A stretch of DNA of 64,000 nt from Armatimonadota bacterium (GTDB taxonomy: Bacteria > Armatimonadota > UBA5829 > DTLH01): contig JBDKSP010000095.1 in the NCBI GenBank assembly GCA_039680575.1, positions 1 through 64,000 on the forward strand. Direction: 5' to 3'. Each line of letters begins with the position of its first letter. Within the stretch, counting starts at the first letter, position 1. Shown here piece after piece: positions 46,158 through 56,358 of the stretch. The notes beneath the pieces are model-generated. The model saw only the letters and a list, made by a program, of their open reading frames with translations, ran no database searches and was not told where the DNA came from. Position numbers and translations under genes: made by a program.

Positions 46158-49100
46158 TCAGAACCTCCTGTTATACGATGTTTCCAGTATATTCACGCGG
46201 CGAGAGTCCGTGACATATGATAATTCCAGCCAATCACGGATCCTGTAGCTCAGACTCATCGAATAAGTCGCTCCGGTTATTGTCTGCGAGCCGGTCACTA
46301 TCCTCCAGTATGAAAGATAAAAATCGTCGAATAATCTCCTTGATAAAAATACGGCAAGTGGCTGCTCGAAACCGTATTCAATTGAGAAATCCTCAAGTCC
46401 AAGGGCTTCTATAAATGTTGATTCCAGCGGATCGAACAGGCGTGGAGATACCGCTACACTGAACAACTCTCTAAGCTGATCTCTTAACTCTGTCTCACCT
46501 GTTCCGAAAATATCCTCAAAATGGCCGAGAGCTGCCAGCATCTGGGTTCTGGATAGTCCCGACGGCTCACTCTTGAGTGAGATATTTTCTGGTTCAAGAT
46601 TGGCTAGCGGACCTGATACATCAAGGATAATCTTGTATCGCTGCTGCGTTCCCAGCGTCGAGGCCGTTGTAATATTTGTCTGAGCGTGCAGATCGACAGT
46701 CACCCCTGATGCCTGCCTTCCAGGAGTCCAGTTGACATTGATATTTCCGCGTGTGATCCTCATTCTCGCTGTCGCAAGACGCAATGTCCCACTGTTAATA
46801 CGTATTCCCGCCGTTATGAGCGGCTTCTCCAGCGAGCCCGCGATTCGTCCATCTCCACTCAAAAGCGCTATGATACTTGGGTTTCTGAACCAGACATTAT
46901 CCTCCATGCTAAAGCCGATATCAAACTTCGGATTCATGGCATACCTGGTAATCCCTGTCGAGCTGACGGCTGGAACGCGGGAAAGAATAACCGATGCATC
47001 GCTTACCGTGACCAGTCCTGAGATCAAAGGCTCCGTAACTGCACCAGAGACCGCAAGACTGTTTACTGTTGAGAAAGTACCTGTCACACGCTCCTGATAA
47101 CCCAGCAGGTTCTGCTCGATAAGTTTCAGATTGTTGAGGTTAAAAACCAGGTTCACGACCCCTCCCTGACTGCCGGGCGCGGGTCTGAACAGATTATGCA
47201 GCGATATTGTACCACCCGGAACAACATCGAATGTCCCGCCGCCGCTCGATCCGCCGGACAGACTCTCCACACGGACCAGGTCCTGATCGAAAACAAGATT
47301 TGCCTGTATGTTTGTAAATTGCGTCTGGAAATCCTTGATGTTGATATTACCGTCCTTAACAGCCATCTGCCCGCTAAGGTCCGGGTTGCTTACTGAACCG
47401 GTGAGGTCCAGCGTCGCGGAAATGCGCCCGGGATATTTCGGATCAGCGGTGACAGCATCCGACAGGAGAGTAAGGACCTCCAGCGTCTGCTCCTCCAGTG
47501 CCGCATGGAATGCGATTGGCTGGTCTGTTGGTATAGTGAATTTCTGCCAGTCCCAGGGAAGCGTTCCGTAGAATGCGGCAGATTGCTCGTCTCTCGTCAC
47601 AAGTGCCCTGCTGATTTCAATAGAGTTGCGCCCGACAGTGATTTGGCTGGCGCGAAGCCTGTCGAATGCGATGCCGTAGATTACCGGATTCACGACCTCG
47701 GCTGATGCCATGATAAGCGGCGTATCGATAGGCCCCTTCACGGTTGCGCGGACCGTAGCTGTGCCTCTTATGTGAGTCGGCCCGGTAGCGGGAGTAAGCG
47801 CATCCAGGTCCACGTTGTAAGCATCGACTTCGAGATCGGTCTGGCCATTGGCGATCAAAACCCCTCGCGCTGATACACTCAAAGCCTCCGCGGTAGCTTC
47901 GAATGACTCCAGCACGACTTCACCCTGTCGGGAAACCGCCGAAAGCTCGATCCGCGCATTTTTAATCTCCGAAATGTCAACATCCTGAGCTGTAAGGCTG
48001 AACTTTGCTTCTGGTTCATCTACCGGACCAGATATATTAAATGCGGCTGAAATAATCCCAGTATCCGGCCGCCTTAACCTCGCAAGAAGCGATCTCAGTC
48101 CCTCGCCTGCAGGCTGATCTATATATGGACTCTCAGACACAGCCGTGTAGATGACAGGATATGAGAAGTTTTTCAGTACACCACCCTCTACCTGAACCGA
48201 TCTGGTTGCAGTATCGAATGCTGCACGCTCTACAGAAAGGACACCGCTCGCTGATTGCAGATTAATGTCCGCGACAACGAGCGCTTTTCCGCTCCATCCA
48301 ACTTCTGCGGCGAACCTGTCGAACTTCACTGTATTAATCACAGGATTATTCGAAACGACAGTCGCTGCCACTGTGGGGTTGTCTGCTGTACCAGTTATAT
48401 GTCCTTTTGCGTCTACCGTTCCTGAGAGAAGCGTATAAGGCTGCGTGTAACGGCTTAATTGAACAAGAGCGATATTGTTCGCTATAAAGTTAAAGGCAAT
48501 ATTACCTTTGGCGTCTATCATTCCATCCGCGCTGAATACCGCATTATCGCTTTGAGCCAGAAGATCGGTTAACCGAAGCTGCTTATCGGCATAAGAAAAA
48601 GCAGCGCGAGCCTGTGCGACAGGGTAGCCGGCAACAGAACCGTCTGTTAATTTCAATGTCCCCATTGCAGTTATATTCGGAGCCGTGCCTCGTATCGTTA
48701 CACGGCCTGTAACATCGCCGGTAATAGCTGCATTAACCTGCAGGACAGAGAGTATTCGTTCTGCGGGAGCTTCTACAACCTCAATATCGAAGTTGATAGC
48801 CGGTGAAGGTGTGCCTATCCCGGTTATCCTACCGCGAAGTGCTATTTCAGCAGGCAAAACACGGACAACTGCATCTTCCAGGATAATTCCGGATGAATTT
48901 GCTATGAGGCGGCCTCTGGCATAATCGAATGCAAAACGCTGGAACTGGCCATTGAAGACCTCCGCGCTGCCGTTTACTACCGGCTTACTGAAAAGGCCTG
49001 TAACGCTGCCGTTGAAATTGACTATTCCTCTATAGCCTGTCAACCCGAGAGGTCTCTGCAGGATACTCAGATCAACCCCTACTGCAGATGCGCGTATATT

Positions 49101-50720
49101 CAGCCGTGTCGGAGTTATCTCTCCTGTTGCTCTTATGACCCCACTTGCAACTGAAGCTGCTATGCTCCGTACACTCACACGATTATCACTGATCGTTAGC
49201 CGTGCTATGGCATCGCTGTATACAATATTGTTCAGGGTTCCACGTGAAACTTGAACATTAGCATCTAGCACAGGACTCGATGATAGCCCGCTTACGGTAA
49301 ACCGCCCAGTTGCGGCGCCTCTCAGCCCGGATTTACTTAACTGAGGTATCCGGCTTAGTTCCACACCAGAACCTGTGCCGGAAAGCGCCAATCTTGCAGC
49401 ACCATTAATGAGCGTAACCGAACCGAATGCCGTAATCCTCCCGTTCAGCGCTCTCGCGGATGCGCTTTGCACAAGTATTACTCTGTCCGCATATGCGGCT
49501 CTCAGGCTAATGTCTGCTGCCCGGTAGCCGTTGAATCCCACTGATGGGATTCTGCCTCTTGCAGCTATGACGATGTGCTTGCTGGGACCGATTATATCAA
49601 GAGAAAGCGGGCCTTTTCCTGTAATCCTGACTCTGTTCAGGTTTGCTGGAGCTTCAAAAGCGGTGATAAGGCTTGAATAGTCGAAACTGCCGGATGTAAT
49701 ATGCAAATCGAACCTGGGGGCTGCAAAACCCGCCATCGTGCCGGTCATGCGCATCTGAGAACTCGTAATGGAGCCTGTAAGATTGAAGTCCAGCGTCTGA
49801 TTGACCAGTCTTATCCTGCCATTGATGTTGTTGGCCGGTTTTCTTAGCCCTGAAACAACCGCCTGGGCGTTTCTGATATCCGCTGATCCCGCGTAACTCC
49901 AGATTCTTCTTCCTTTTACCAACCGTCCGGTCAAGCTCAACCTGACATCTCCGCGCCCGCTTCGGACTCTGACCGCTCCTTGCTTTATAAAATAGTCCAT
50001 CCAGTAGGAAGCCGCTGCGTTATCGGCTGCTATATCTGCGGCTATTACTCCTGCAGTGTTGTCAATGGAGCCTGAAATGCTGACTGTGCTAAAGAGCTTT
50101 TTACCCGGTCCTTTAGCAGTGAGATTATATTCGTAGAAAGGAGCATTTGACGCGTCAAACGTACCGTTTATGTTAGCAGTTCGTGTGGCTATTGGCCTGG
50201 ATCCTGGTGTACGCGACAGCCAGTCCCTGAATATGAGTGTGCCGTCCGAAATATCGACCACACCGATGAACGGGGGACGGCGAGGGCCTGGTTTTCTTTT
50301 AAAGAGATCGCTGATATTGAGGCGTCCGTTTCTGAAGCGCTCCAGCCGAATGGCCGGAGAGATGAGTCTGACAGAATCCACGCTCTGGATTGCCGGGACT
50401 CGTCCGAACACAATGTCTCTTAAGCGAAAGTTGATGATAACCCGCTTAGTTTCGAGAAGCGAGCCATTTTTGAAGGACTTGCCGTTAGCAATTCGCAGGT
50501 CGTGTACAGTAGCAGTGCCTTTTAATGGAGATACGTCCACTTTGCCGACTTCGACCGCACGGTTCGTCTGCTTTTCGATCTGTTCGACTAGTATGACATC
50601 TAAATGCTGAACAGTATGCCTGACCTGGTTTATTATGTAGAATACAGTGGCGGAGAGAAGCACCGTGATCGGGATCACGATAAGTAAAAAGATTGTCAGC
50701 CTTCTCCGTCTTGCATTCAT
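46158..50720 (-). CDS. tamB: TamB/AsmA-like envelope protein
   Basis: 1520 aa, N-terminal TM, beta-rich repeats (GxxxxPxxxG), DUF490-like C-terminus (LKSEPSGLSRTQML...YNRRF); directly upstream of bamA. Confidence 0.88.
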   Translation of the reverse strand: MNARRRRLTIFLLIVIPITVLLSATVFYIINQVRHTVQHLDVILVEQIEKQTNRAVEVGKVDVSPLKGTATVHDLRIANGKSFKNGSLLETKRVIINFRLRDIVFGRVPAIQSVDSVRLISPAIRLERFRNGRLNISDLFKRKPGPRRPPFIGVVDISDGTLIFRDWLSRTPGSRPIATRTANINGTFDASNAPFYEYNLTAKGPGKKLFSTVSISGSIDNTAGVIAADIAADNAAASYWMDYFIKQGAVRVRSGRGDVRLSLTGRLVKGRRIWSYAGSADIRNAQAVVSGLRKPANNINGRIRLVNQTLDFNLTGSITSSQMRMTGTMAGFAAPRFDLHITSGSFDYSSLITAFEAPANLNRVRITGKGPLSLDIIGPSKHIVIAARGRIPSVGFNGYRAADISLRAAYADRVILVQSASARALNGRITAFGSVTLINGAARLALSGTGSGVELSRIPQLSKSGLRGAATGRFTVSGLSSSPVLDANVQVSRGTLNNIVYSDAIARLTISDNRVSVRSIAASVASGVIRATGEITPTRLNIRASAVGVDLSILQRPLGLTGYRGIVNFNGSVTGLFSKPVVNGSAEVFNGQFQRFAFDYARGRLIANSSGIILEDAVVRVLPAEIALRGRITGIGTPSPAINFDIEVVEAPAERILSVLQVNAAITGDVTGRVTIRGTAPNITAMGTLKLTDGSVAGYPVAQARAAFSYADKQLRLTDLLAQSDNAVFSADGMIDAKGNIAFNFIANNIALVQLSRYTQPYTLLSGTVDAKGHITGTADNPTVAATVVSNNPVINTVKFDRFAAEVGWSGKALVVADINLQSASGVLSVERAAFDTATRSVQVEGGVLKNFSYPVIYTAVSESPYIDQPAGEGLRSLLARLRRPDTGIISAAFNISGPVDEPEAKFSLTAQDVDISEIKNARIELSAVSRQGEVVLESFEATAEALSVSARGVLIANGQTDLEVDAYNVDLDALTPATGPTHIRGTATVRATVKGPIDTPLIMASAEVVNPVIYGIAFDRLRASQITVGRNSIEISRALVTRDEQSAAFYGTLPWDWQKFTIPTDQPIAFHAALEEQTLEVLTLLSDAVTADPKYPGRISATLDLTGSVSNPDLSGQMAVKDGNINIKDFQTQFTNIQANLVFDQDLVRVESLSGGSSGGGTFDVVPGGTISLHNLFRPAPGSQGGVVNLVFNLNNLKLIEQNLLGYQERVTGTFSTVNSLAVSGAVTEPLISGLVTVSDASVILSRVPAVSSTGITRYAMNPKFDIGFSMEDNVWFRNPSIIALLSGDGRIAGSLEKPLITAGIRINSGTLRLATARMRITRGNINVNWTPGRQASGVTVDLHAQTNITTASTLGTQQRYKIILDVSGPLANLEPENISLKSEPSGLSRTQMLAALGHFEDIFGTGETELRDQLRELFSVAVSPRLFDPLESTFIEALGLEDFSIEYGFEQPLAVFLSRRLFDDFYLSYWRIVTGSQTITGATYSMSLSYRIRDWLELSYVTDSRRVNILETSYNRRF

Positions 50721-50730
50721 TGCAGGTCTA

Positions 50731-51426
50731 CTATCCTACCCCATCCTTGAGGTCCAGAAAATGTGTAAAATGGGCCATAACCCGTTCCTTCACCGTTTTC
50801 ATATCGGGTGTTGGATCAAGCAGTCGCTTGAGCGAAGTAATCTGCTCCGATTCAAGCCCACATGGATTGATGAAATTGAAGTGACTCAGGTTTGGATCGA
50901 CATTGAACGCGAAACCGTGGTAAGTAACGCCTCCCCGGACCGCAATCCCGATGGAACAGACCTTCTTACCGCACGTCCAAACCCCTGCAAGACCGTTCTT
51001 GCATCCTTCGAGGCCGAAATCGGCAAGTGTCGAGATAATTATACTTTCTACTAGACGCAGAAAGCCGTGTACATCGCTTTTTATAAGGCGAAGATCGATT
51101 ATAAGATAGCCGGTAAGCTGCCCTGGTCCGTGATATGTAACATCACCGCCGCGGTCTGTCCTGACTATTTCTATCCCGTTTTTCTCGAGTGTACTCTCAG
51201 AGACCAGGAGATTCTCGGAATGGGTACTGACTCCGAGAGTCATCACAGGATAATGCTCCAGCAGCACCAGCGCGCCGCCGAGTTTTTTAGCCTTGACATC
51301 CGCATGAAGCGACAACTGCAGATCGAGCGCGTCATTGTAACTTATCAGTCCTGCATCGATTACTTTGAACAGGGAATTTCCGGCGTCAGACTGGCGAATG
51401 TAAGGTCGTTCCAAATACTCGTTCAA
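50731..51426 (-). CDS. lipB: Octanoyl transferase
   Basis: LLEHYPVMTLG, DRGGDVTYHGPGQL, KVCSIG, HGFAFNV, INPCGL. Confidence 0.95.
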   Translation of the reverse strand: MNEYLERPYIRQSDAGNSLFKVIDAGLISYNDALDLQLSLHADVKAKKLGGALVLLEHYPVMTLGVSTHSENLLVSESTLEKNGIEIVRTDRGGDVTYHGPGQLTGYLIIDLRLIKSDVHGFLRLVESIIISTLADFGLEGCKNGLAGVWTCGKKVCSIGIAVRGGVTYHGFAFNVDPNLSHFNFINPCGLESEQITSLKRLLDPTPDMKTVKERVMAHFTHFLDLKDGVG

Positions 51427-51636
51427 GTGTTTTTTCTCCGGGCAATAATCATTGTCACACTTTTTGATGACCTAACCCTAGTATACCCAGCAGTATGAGG
51501 CGGGTCAACTAAACGTAAGAGTTCGTTCACTCTTACCTAAACATGACCTTTGTAATGGGGCGTACTTGCTTGAAATTGAGACTGTATATGCGGTCTACTA
51601 AGTTTTACTTATCGTGATAATCTTATACACTAATAC

Positions 51637-52356
51637 TCATATTCTCTTCAGCAGCGACTTTGCATTCTCTATAGCGAAGCCTTTGTAGTCATTGTTGAAG
51701 TACACATAAACATCCCCGTTATCCAGCAGGCGGTGTATATGACCCGACCACCAGTCCAATCTATCATCAGTATACCAGCCCTCGGTCTCATAGCCCCCGC
51801 TGTGCATCCGAATATAAGAATAATCGGCTGTCGAGATAATATGACATGGCAGATCGGGAGCACTCATTATGCAATACCCCATTTTATACCGTCGGAGCAG
51901 ATCGAAGACCTGTTCCGACTGCCATGAAGAGTCGCGAAACTCGAAAACATGCCTCATGTTCGCAGGAAGAACCTCTAGAAAGCTCTCCAATCGTTCCTGA
52001 TTGGCTCGCCAACCCGGAGGAAGCTGGTATAGAATCGGCCCATGCTTTTCAGCCAATGCGCTGCTTCTACTGAGCATCCGCTCAAGCGGCTCCGCCGGCT
52101 CCGTCAATTTCTTCATATGGGTCAGATACCTGCTTGCTTTTACCGCAAAAGTGAACCCTGAAGGAGCCTGATCATACCACACCTGAAATGTTTGCCTTTC
52201 CGGGAGCCGATAGAACGAATTATTGATCTCGACCGTATCGAAATCAGACCCGTAATACCGAAGCCAGCGCGACTGTGGCAGCGCCTCCGGATAGTATATC
52301 CCTTTCCAGTGTTTATAGTTCCACCCGCTGGTACCGCAATAGATTCTGCCGGACAT
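51637..52356 (-). CDS. DUF72 (YecE-like) protein
   Basis: GTSGWNYKHW, TVEINNSFYRLP, KASRYLTH, LYQLPP, EFRD, YVYFNND; ATG 52356 after GGAGA. Confidence 0.93.
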   Translation of the reverse strand: MSGRIYCGTSGWNYKHWKGIYYPEALPQSRWLRYYGSDFDTVEINNSFYRLPERQTFQVWYDQAPSGFTFAVKASRYLTHMKKLTEPAEPLERMLSRSSALAEKHGPILYQLPPGWRANQERLESFLEVLPANMRHVFEFRDSSWQSEQVFDLLRRYKMGYCIMSAPDLPCHIISTADYSYIRMHSGGYETEGWYTDDRLDWWSGHIHRLLDNGDVYVYFNNDYKGFAIENAKSLLKRI

Positions 52357-52495
52357 TCTGTATCTCCGTTCAGCCGCTTGTTCGCATGCATCAGTATCAC
52401 AAAATAGTATACCCTTATAATAATATGGAAGAATTAATATACAAGTATCGATTTCGGCTATACTATAGATGTAAACAAAATATTCGAGCGAATGA

Positions 52496-53461
52496 ATGAC
52501 TAATACTATTCTGAGAGTATCTTTTATAATATTTGCGCTTCTGCTTCTCGCAGCGGTTCCGGCTGCCGGTGAGATCACCTGTGAAGACTGTACCCCGGTT
52601 ACGGTTTACAACCCCCTCGCGTGGGACCGGACGGATGTTGTGGATATGGCTTCACCATTCTGCGGAGAAGCAGTAACAGCCATTAGCGTTACTGACGGAA
52701 CTGAGACCTATCCGGCACAAATAGTCGCGGACAGGATTATCTTCACCGCACGCAATGTACCCGCGCTAGGCCACAAAGTATTCCGGTTGATAAAATCCGA
52801 TAAACCTACCGTAACTTCTATTAAGTCGGGCAACGATTATATCGAAAACGAGTTCTTCCGGGTTAAAATCGACCTTTCGAAAGGCATCATAGAAAGCATC
52901 TATGATAAAATCAATAAACGCGAGGTAGCTTCACAGACCGGAATAATGCAGATCGTCTCCGGCAAGCATACCAAGGACCTGGACCCTGACGAAAGCGAAG
53001 TCCTCGAGGTTGGTCCAACCAGAACAATGGCACGTCTAGACCACGCTTACGGCAAGTCATCGTTCGTGCAGGACATCATTCTCTATGAAGGCCTTCCGCG
53101 CATTGATATTAAGCTGACTGCCTATTTACGGGAACAGGCTTCGCTCGAAATCACCTTCAGGACTGCACTTTCCAATCCAATAGCTGCTTTTGACGACCCT
53201 TGCCGGACGGATGCTCAAAAATGGATCGATCTTTCGGAGAATAAATACGGAATATCGATCCTAAACTATTGTAAATATGCCTGCAGCATCACGGATAACA
53301 CAATACACATACTTATTCCAACCAAATCATCCAACCAGCGGTTCTACGAAGCATCTTATTCGATCTATCCTCATTCCGGCAATTGGAACGCAGTATACGC
53401 TTCCCGTTATACGGATGAATTGAACAACCCACTGAATGCTATTGCCCAAACAAATAAATAA
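52496..53461 (+). CDS. Secreted protein made only of GH38 alpha-mannosidase C-terminal beta domains
   Basis: Signal peptide, VYNPLAWDR, VPALGHK, IENEFFRV, SIYDK, AQKWIDLSE, YSIYPHSG, LNNPL. Confidence 0.78.
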   Translation: MTNTILRVSFIIFALLLLAAVPAAGEITCEDCTPVTVYNPLAWDRTDVVDMASPFCGEAVTAISVTDGTETYPAQIVADRIIFTARNVPALGHKVFRLIKSDKPTVTSIKSGNDYIENEFFRVKIDLSKGIIESIYDKINKREVASQTGIMQIVSGKHTKDLDPDESEVLEVGPTRTMARLDHAYGKSSFVQDIILYEGLPRIDIKLTAYLREQASLEITFRTALSNPIAAFDDPCRTDAQKWIDLSENKYGISILNYCKYACSITDNTIHILIPTKSSNQRFYEASYSIYPHSGNWNAVYASRYTDELNNPLNAIAQTNK

Positions 53462-53834
53462 TCCGCCTGCTCGGATTAATAATCATCTTGTTATATACGC
53501 ACTGTTCTCAGCTTTGTCTATATATGATAAAATTTTCAGACGTAAATGACCCTCCAACAACCTCATACATAACATCATACCTTAAATAATTATGCTTGAC
53601 TTGCTAACTGGCACATGGTATATAAGGAATTAGAGCATTAATCTAAAGTTATTGCCTTGTGCTTCAGACAGACCAGAAAGTCAAACACATAGAGGCAATA
53701 GCATGTGTCGCCATACATTCTGCAATATAGTGGCCGGATAGAATGAATTGCATGAGGCTGACTGTAACCGAATAAAGGAAGAGGCAGCCGAGGTAAATGG
53801 CGGTAAATATCTCCATAGAGGAGGCGAAAGGAAA

Positions 53835-56048
53835 ATGAGCAATTATTCATATGCTGCTTCAGCTCGCAGACTGATGCTGACAGCAGCGGTTATGCTGATC
53901 CTTGTCCTCTGCGTGGGAACAGTCTCTTACGCGCAGTCAACAGTAACAGGGACAGTAACTCGCGGCGGCATACCATGCCCGAATGTCCGCGTAGTCATAA
54001 CAGATGATATTACGTACAGCTCCGGCAGGACCGGCGCTGATGGGACTTACACCATAGAAGGTTCTCCTATGGGAATCAGCAGGGTCATATTCAATGCTGT
54101 AAACGCGGTTCCTAAGATCATTTATAATGTTGATATTCTTGCAAACCCAATTCAGAATGCGGATCTGCAATATGGTTACACTCCGCTGGTTGACGATTTC
54201 TCCAGCGCAGAAGTCGATACAACCAATAGATGGAGTTTCTTTAATGCCTATCCATATCCCGATGCATCAGCGCCTGATTCAACGGTTTCCATAACCAGCC
54301 AGGGGTGGTTACAGATCACTGCCTCCAGAAAAAGGGGCGGCATAAAGAGTATTACTACTTTCCCATCGATTGCTGCATTCGAGTGCACAATCCCGCAGAA
54401 GGCTACAACCGGTTATATGCAGCAGGGTATGGGAATCAAGGGCGCCAGTTCTGACTTAACTCAATTGATATGCATAGAAGACCAGGCCAGCTCCAGCGTC
54501 ACAGTACCTTATATCAATTGTTGTTACGGAACTGATTCCACCTCGAACCCATCCAAGGTCTGGAGTCCAACAAGCATGTATTGGGGAAGTGCATACCAAT
54601 ACCCATGCAGGCTTACAATCCTTAGGACTATGGATGATTACGACTACTTCATCAATGGAACATGGCTAGCCGAAAAGACATTTTTCATGAATATTGCCGA
54701 TAACGCATATCTTTACCTTTATGGTATCAGCAGTTCAAGCACCAGCACAGCGTTAACAAATGCATTCTTCGATGACGTAAGAGCCGGTGCAGGCTTGGCC
54801 ATTGCAGCTACTACTGTCTCCGGTGCAAAAACAACATCTGAAGGAGATATGGTCACCATACCTGAGGCTGTAGTAACAGCTTCTTTCCCGGGTTGCTTCT
54901 GGATCGAAAACACGGACAGATCATCCGGCATCAAAGTCATTTGCAATGCCAGTTCCGTTGCAGGAGAAAATAATAGCCCTGCAATAGGAGATAAAGTCTT
55001 AGTTTCCGGAAAAATCATAAAGAGCAACTCCGAAATATCGATCTATGCTGATAATATAGTCTATACAGGTAGAGTTACACCTCCTGCCCCTGTGGGAATA
55101 ACCGGCAAAGTGGCTGCGGAGTGTAACAAAGCAGGCGCTGCCGCTCAAGGTCTTTTCGTTAAGATCGCAGGCAATATCACACATGTCGACACGGACGCCA
55201 CCAATTATGTCACGGGGTATTGTCTCGACGATGGAAGCGGTGTCGTTACTACAGTCGGACTTCAGCAGTACAAAGGGATATACGTAATCATGGATCCCGC
55301 TTTCAAATACACTACGGATGATATAAAAGAAAATGACTTCCAAATAGTCTCAGGTCCTTTGACTATTTATGCGAACAGTGGGGTTCCTGTACCGGCTGTG
55401 AAATCCATCCCGGTTGTCGAACCGGCTGCATTCAAGTCATACAATGACTTTTTTTATTCATCAACGTCTGCTCTCGCTGCCAATAATTCCACCTGCACCG
55501 CGAAATCCGGGCTGTCAAAATGCTATTTGATAGATTATGCAACCGGGAAGGCACTTCCTGTTAATGTTGCGTTAACTTCCAGTGGGCTGCGGCCTGAGAC
55601 AACAGGCGGACCTACGGCGTTTGCTACCGGAACGGATGCCTATAATATTTTCAATGGCAAAGTAAATACCTATGGCGGCCTTATCCACATTGACAGTAAT
55701 GTCACCAACTGGTTCGCGGAACTTGAATTCAGCGGGTTGAATCCTGGTTCACTGTATACATTTGCATGCACCGGAGCCAAGTCGTCCACCACAACCGGTG
55801 TTTCCGCCATTTATACTATCTCGGGTGCTAGAAGTTTCATTAATTCAAGCAGTTCAGGAGCAGTGATGAGCGCTGACGGCTATAGCACCACTATTACAAA
55901 CGTCTCCAATATGACCAATGGTTTCATTGCAAAATGGAGCAGCATCCAGCCTTCAGTCGATGGCAGGTTCAAGCTAAGGGTGGTATCCACATCACCATCA
56001 TCATCCACCGGATATCCGCTCACAGCTTTCATGCTCCAAAAGCAGTAA
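53835..56048 (+). CDS. Secreted modular protein: carboxypeptidase-regulatory-like N-domain, internal OB-fold-like pair
   Basis: Signal peptide (SYA-Q), TVTGTV...TGADGTYTI, FWIENTDRSSGIKV, GLFVKIAG, LDDGSG; ATG 53835 after GGAGG/AAGGA. Confidence 0.85.
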   Translation: MSNYSYAASARRLMLTAAVMLILVLCVGTVSYAQSTVTGTVTRGGIPCPNVRVVITDDITYSSGRTGADGTYTIEGSPMGISRVIFNAVNAVPKIIYNVDILANPIQNADLQYGYTPLVDDFSSAEVDTTNRWSFFNAYPYPDASAPDSTVSITSQGWLQITASRKRGGIKSITTFPSIAAFECTIPQKATTGYMQQGMGIKGASSDLTQLICIEDQASSSVTVPYINCCYGTDSTSNPSKVWSPTSMYWGSAYQYPCRLTILRTMDDYDYFINGTWLAEKTFFMNIADNAYLYLYGISSSSTSTALTNAFFDDVRAGAGLAIAATTVSGAKTTSEGDMVTIPEAVVTASFPGCFWIENTDRSSGIKVICNASSVAGENNSPAIGDKVLVSGKIIKSNSEISIYADNIVYTGRVTPPAPVGITGKVAAECNKAGAAAQGLFVKIAGNITHVDTDATNYVTGYCLDDGSGVVTTVGLQQYKGIYVIMDPAFKYTTDDIKENDFQIVSGPLTIYANSGVPVPAVKSIPVVEPAAFKSYNDFFYSSTSALAANNSTCTAKSGLSKCYLIDYATGKALPVNVALTSSGLRPETTGGPTAFATGTDAYNIFNGKVNTYGGLIHIDSNVTNWFAELEFSGLNPGSLYTFACTGAKSSTTTGVSAIYTISGARSFINSSSSGAVMSADGYSTTITNVSNMTNGFIAKWSSIQPSVDGRFKLRVVSTSPSSSTGYPLTAFMLQKQ

Positions 56049-56101
56049 TCCAACGTGTCGATACCTGCTGAATCAGGTATCTTCTATCAGTCAATAATGG
56101 C

Positions 56102-56141
56102 ATACCGCCGCCCGGAAGTCCTACCTATCGGGCGGCGGTAT
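56102..56141 (+). terminator. Strong hairpin/terminator
   Basis: ATACCGCCGCCCG...CGGGCGGCGGTAT. Confidence 0.75.
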
Positions 56142-56358
56142 ATCCTTTATCACCCGAACATTTGTTTTGCCTTGACACGAATGAGCCTCCATAGTAGCAT
56201 TACTTATGATAAAATCAGCAGATAAGTCACTGTTTTATGCAATCGAAGGCTGAAGATTATCGGCTTCGAATACGATAATTGTATATCAGAGCATCTTCTA
56301 CATGCTTAATCAAATGACTCGCCACGCTGCAGATTGATATCGCTGCAGCAGGATAAAA

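Noticed and set aside
52357..52578. N-terminal extension of DUF72 (also extensions at 61413, 53748, 29489, 31267, 34535, 37645)
   Set aside because: Most overlap neighbouring genes, and better SD-linked or coupled starts lie at the conserved N-termini.
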